64,000 nucleotides of DNA, from NCBI GenBank assembly GCA_050251875.1, contig JBFWMA010000003.1:32001-96000 (forward strand), in the 5' to 3' direction. A program made the translations under genes and the position numbers. Positions 62,259-64,000 of this stretch are shown piece by piece (position 1 is the first letter of the stretch; every line of letters begins with the position of its first letter). The DNA is from Deferribacterales bacterium. Its GTDB lineage: Bacteria > Chrysiogenota > Deferribacteres > Deferribacterales > Geovibrionaceae. The notes under the pieces are model-generated. The model did not search any database, had not been told where the DNA came from, and saw only the letters and a program-made list of their open reading frames with translations.

Positions 62259-64000
62259 ATGGCAGATATTAAAGACTATTTAGGGGTTTTAAAGCAGAAG
62301 GAGATATCTTTCTCCGTTTTTTTCATGACCATACTGGCTGTCATGATTCTGCCCATGCCCACCATCATTCTCGACCTGCTTCTGACATCCAGCATCGCCC
62401 TGTCGGTTATCATTCTGATGGTGGCTATACATTCCGATGAACCGCTGAAATTTTCCACATTTCCCACAGTTCTGCTGATAACCACCCTGTTCAGGCTCTC
62501 TCTGAACGTGGCGACCACCAGAACCATCCTTCTGCACGGATCGGAAGGAGAAGAGGCGGCGGGATCGGTCATCAACGCTTTCGGACAGTTTGTTGTCGGC
62601 GGTAACTATACCGTCGGTATCATCATATTCCTGATACTCGTGCTGATTAACTTCATGGTAATCACCAAAGGTTCAACCCGTATCGCTGAAGTCGCCGCCA
62701 GATTCACACTGGACGCTATGCCCGGAAAACAGATGGCTATCGATGCCGACCTGAACGCCGGACTCATAGACGAAGACACAGCCAAGCAGAAACGCCAGAA
62801 CATCCAGAAGGAGGCGGACTACTTCGGAGCCATGGACGGTGCGAGTAAATTTGTCAGAGGAGACGCCGTTGCCGGTCTCATCATCACCGCCATCAACATC
62901 ATAGGCGGTCTTTCGCTGGGCGTTCTTCAGTCGGACATGAGCCTGACGGAAGCGGCGTCACGATACACCATCCTCACCGTGGGTGACGGTCTGGTGTCAC
63001 AGATTCCCTCGCTGATCATCTCCACATCAGCGGGTATCATCGTTTCCAGAGCCGGAGGTTCCGGAGATCTTTCCGGTCAGCTCTTCGGACAGCTTTTCAA
63101 CAGCACAAAAGTTCTGGGCATCACAGGGGGGATACTTCTGTTCTTCGCCATCATCCCCGGCATGCCCAAGATATCATTCATAATGCTCGCCGCTCTTATG
63201 TTCTATCTGGTCTATCTGAGCAAAGGACAGAAAGAGGACGAGAAAGAGACCAAGAAGAAAGAGGAAGCGGAGAAAGAGAGAGCGCCCATGCCGGAGGAGG
63301 ACGAGGTGAAAAGTCTTCTGGAGATGGACGTTCTGGAGCTGGAGATAGGATTTGCCCTTATCCCGCTGGTGGACGCCGGACAGGGCGGAACTCTGCTGAA
63401 CCGTATAAAATCAATCCGCCGTCAGCTTGCTCTGGAGATGGGCTTTATCGTGCCTCCGGTGCGCATCAGAGACAATCTTCAGCTGGACGCCAACGGATAC
63501 GCCCTGATGCTAAAAGGCGTGCGGATCAACTCAGGCTCTATATTCCCGGATAAATTCCTCATCATGAACCCTGACGGCAACGTGTCCAAATATGACGGCA
63601 TCCCCACCAAAGAACCTGCTTTCGGTCTGGACGCCAAATGGGTGGACATGGCTGTGAAAGAGATGGCAGAGGTAGACGGATGCACCATAGTGGATCCCGC
63701 CACCGTCATCGCCACGCACCTTACAGAGATAATCAAAACCAACGCTCACGAGCTCCTCGGCAGACAGGAGACTCAGGAGCTATTGAATAAACTGAAAGAG
63801 AAATATCCCAAGCTGGTGGACGATGTTATCCCCAGCATACTCGATCTGGGTACTGTGAACAGAGTCCTTCAGGCTCTGCTGAGAGAGAGGGTCTCCGTCA
63901 GAAACCTTCAGACTATTATGGAGGTTATGGCTACATACGGCATGCAGAACAAATCGCCCGATTTTCTCATCGAGCGTGTGCGGATGGTTCTTAAGCGCCA
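62259..64000 (+). CDS. flhA: Flagellar export protein FlhA, 3' end beyond the window
   Basis: Absent from the ORF track. My translation: MADIKDYL...FPTVLLITTLFRLSLNVATTR...RIAEVAARFTLDAMPGKQMAIDADL...GAMDGASKFVRGDA. Confidence 0.96.
   Translation, partial: MADIKDYLGVLKQKEISFSVFFMTILAVMILPMPTIILDLLLTSSIALSVIILMVAIHSDEPLKFSTFPTVLLITTLFRLSLNVATTRTILLHGSEGEEAAGSVINAFGQFVVGGNYTVGIIIFLILVLINFMVITKGSTRIAEVAARFTLDAMPGKQMAIDADLNAGLIDEDTAKQKRQNIQKEADYFGAMDGASKFVRGDAVAGLIITAINIIGGLSLGVLQSDMSLTEAASRYTILTVGDGLVSQIPSLIISTSAGIIVSRAGGSGDLSGQLFGQLFNSTKVLGITGGILLFFAIIPGMPKISFIMLAALMFYLVYLSKGQKEDEKETKKKEEAEKERAPMPEEDEVKSLLEMDVLELEIGFALIPLVDAGQGGTLLNRIKSIRRQLALEMGFIVPPVRIRDNLQLDANGYALMLKGVRINSGSIFPDKFLIMNPDGNVSKYDGIPTKEPAFGLDAKWVDMAVKEMAEVDGCTIVDPATVIATHLTEIIKTNAHELLGRQETQELLNKLKEKYPKLVDDVIPSILDLGTVNRVLQALLRERVSVRNLQTIMEVMATYGMQNKSPDFLIERVRMVLKR

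Overview
Bacterial chromosome window of mostly housekeeping genes. Gene content (futalosine-pathway mqnC, ppdK, CIRCE-controlled groESL, a CxxCH sensor kinase, scattered flagellar genes) suggests an anaerobic diderm, plausibly Deferribacterota; this is inference, not a database result. In order: the end of a surface-glycan modification locus (two radical SAM enzymes, methyltransferase, GT4, GT8, galE, DUF354); hisB-hisH-hisA-pgpA-cinA; a globin-PsiE fusion and secA; tRNA-Arg/His/Leu with tig-clpP-clpX-lon-rpsU; DUF72, a class III aminotransferase and an FlhB-like protein; a kinase/regulator pair; ppdK, glyS, leuCD; DUF2239 divergent from groESL; an MCP and a heme-motif kinase; HIT-lapAB-mutS; an RCK/CPA2 transporter; mqnC to glmS; fliR-flhB-flhA (partial). 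No transposase, integrase, phage or CRISPR was seen. The strongest unexplained signals are non-coding. (1) A four-copy dispersed structured repeat shows CsrB/RsmZ-like CAGGA(U/C)G hairpin loops on its minus strand, with covarying stems and G-U pairs on that strand, and sits beside duplications of its own flank. (2) Two palindromic CCCGGG-core sites lie over the promoter of a DUF2239 gene that looks like a ribbon-helix-helix protein. All assignments are by eye from motifs; no searches were run.
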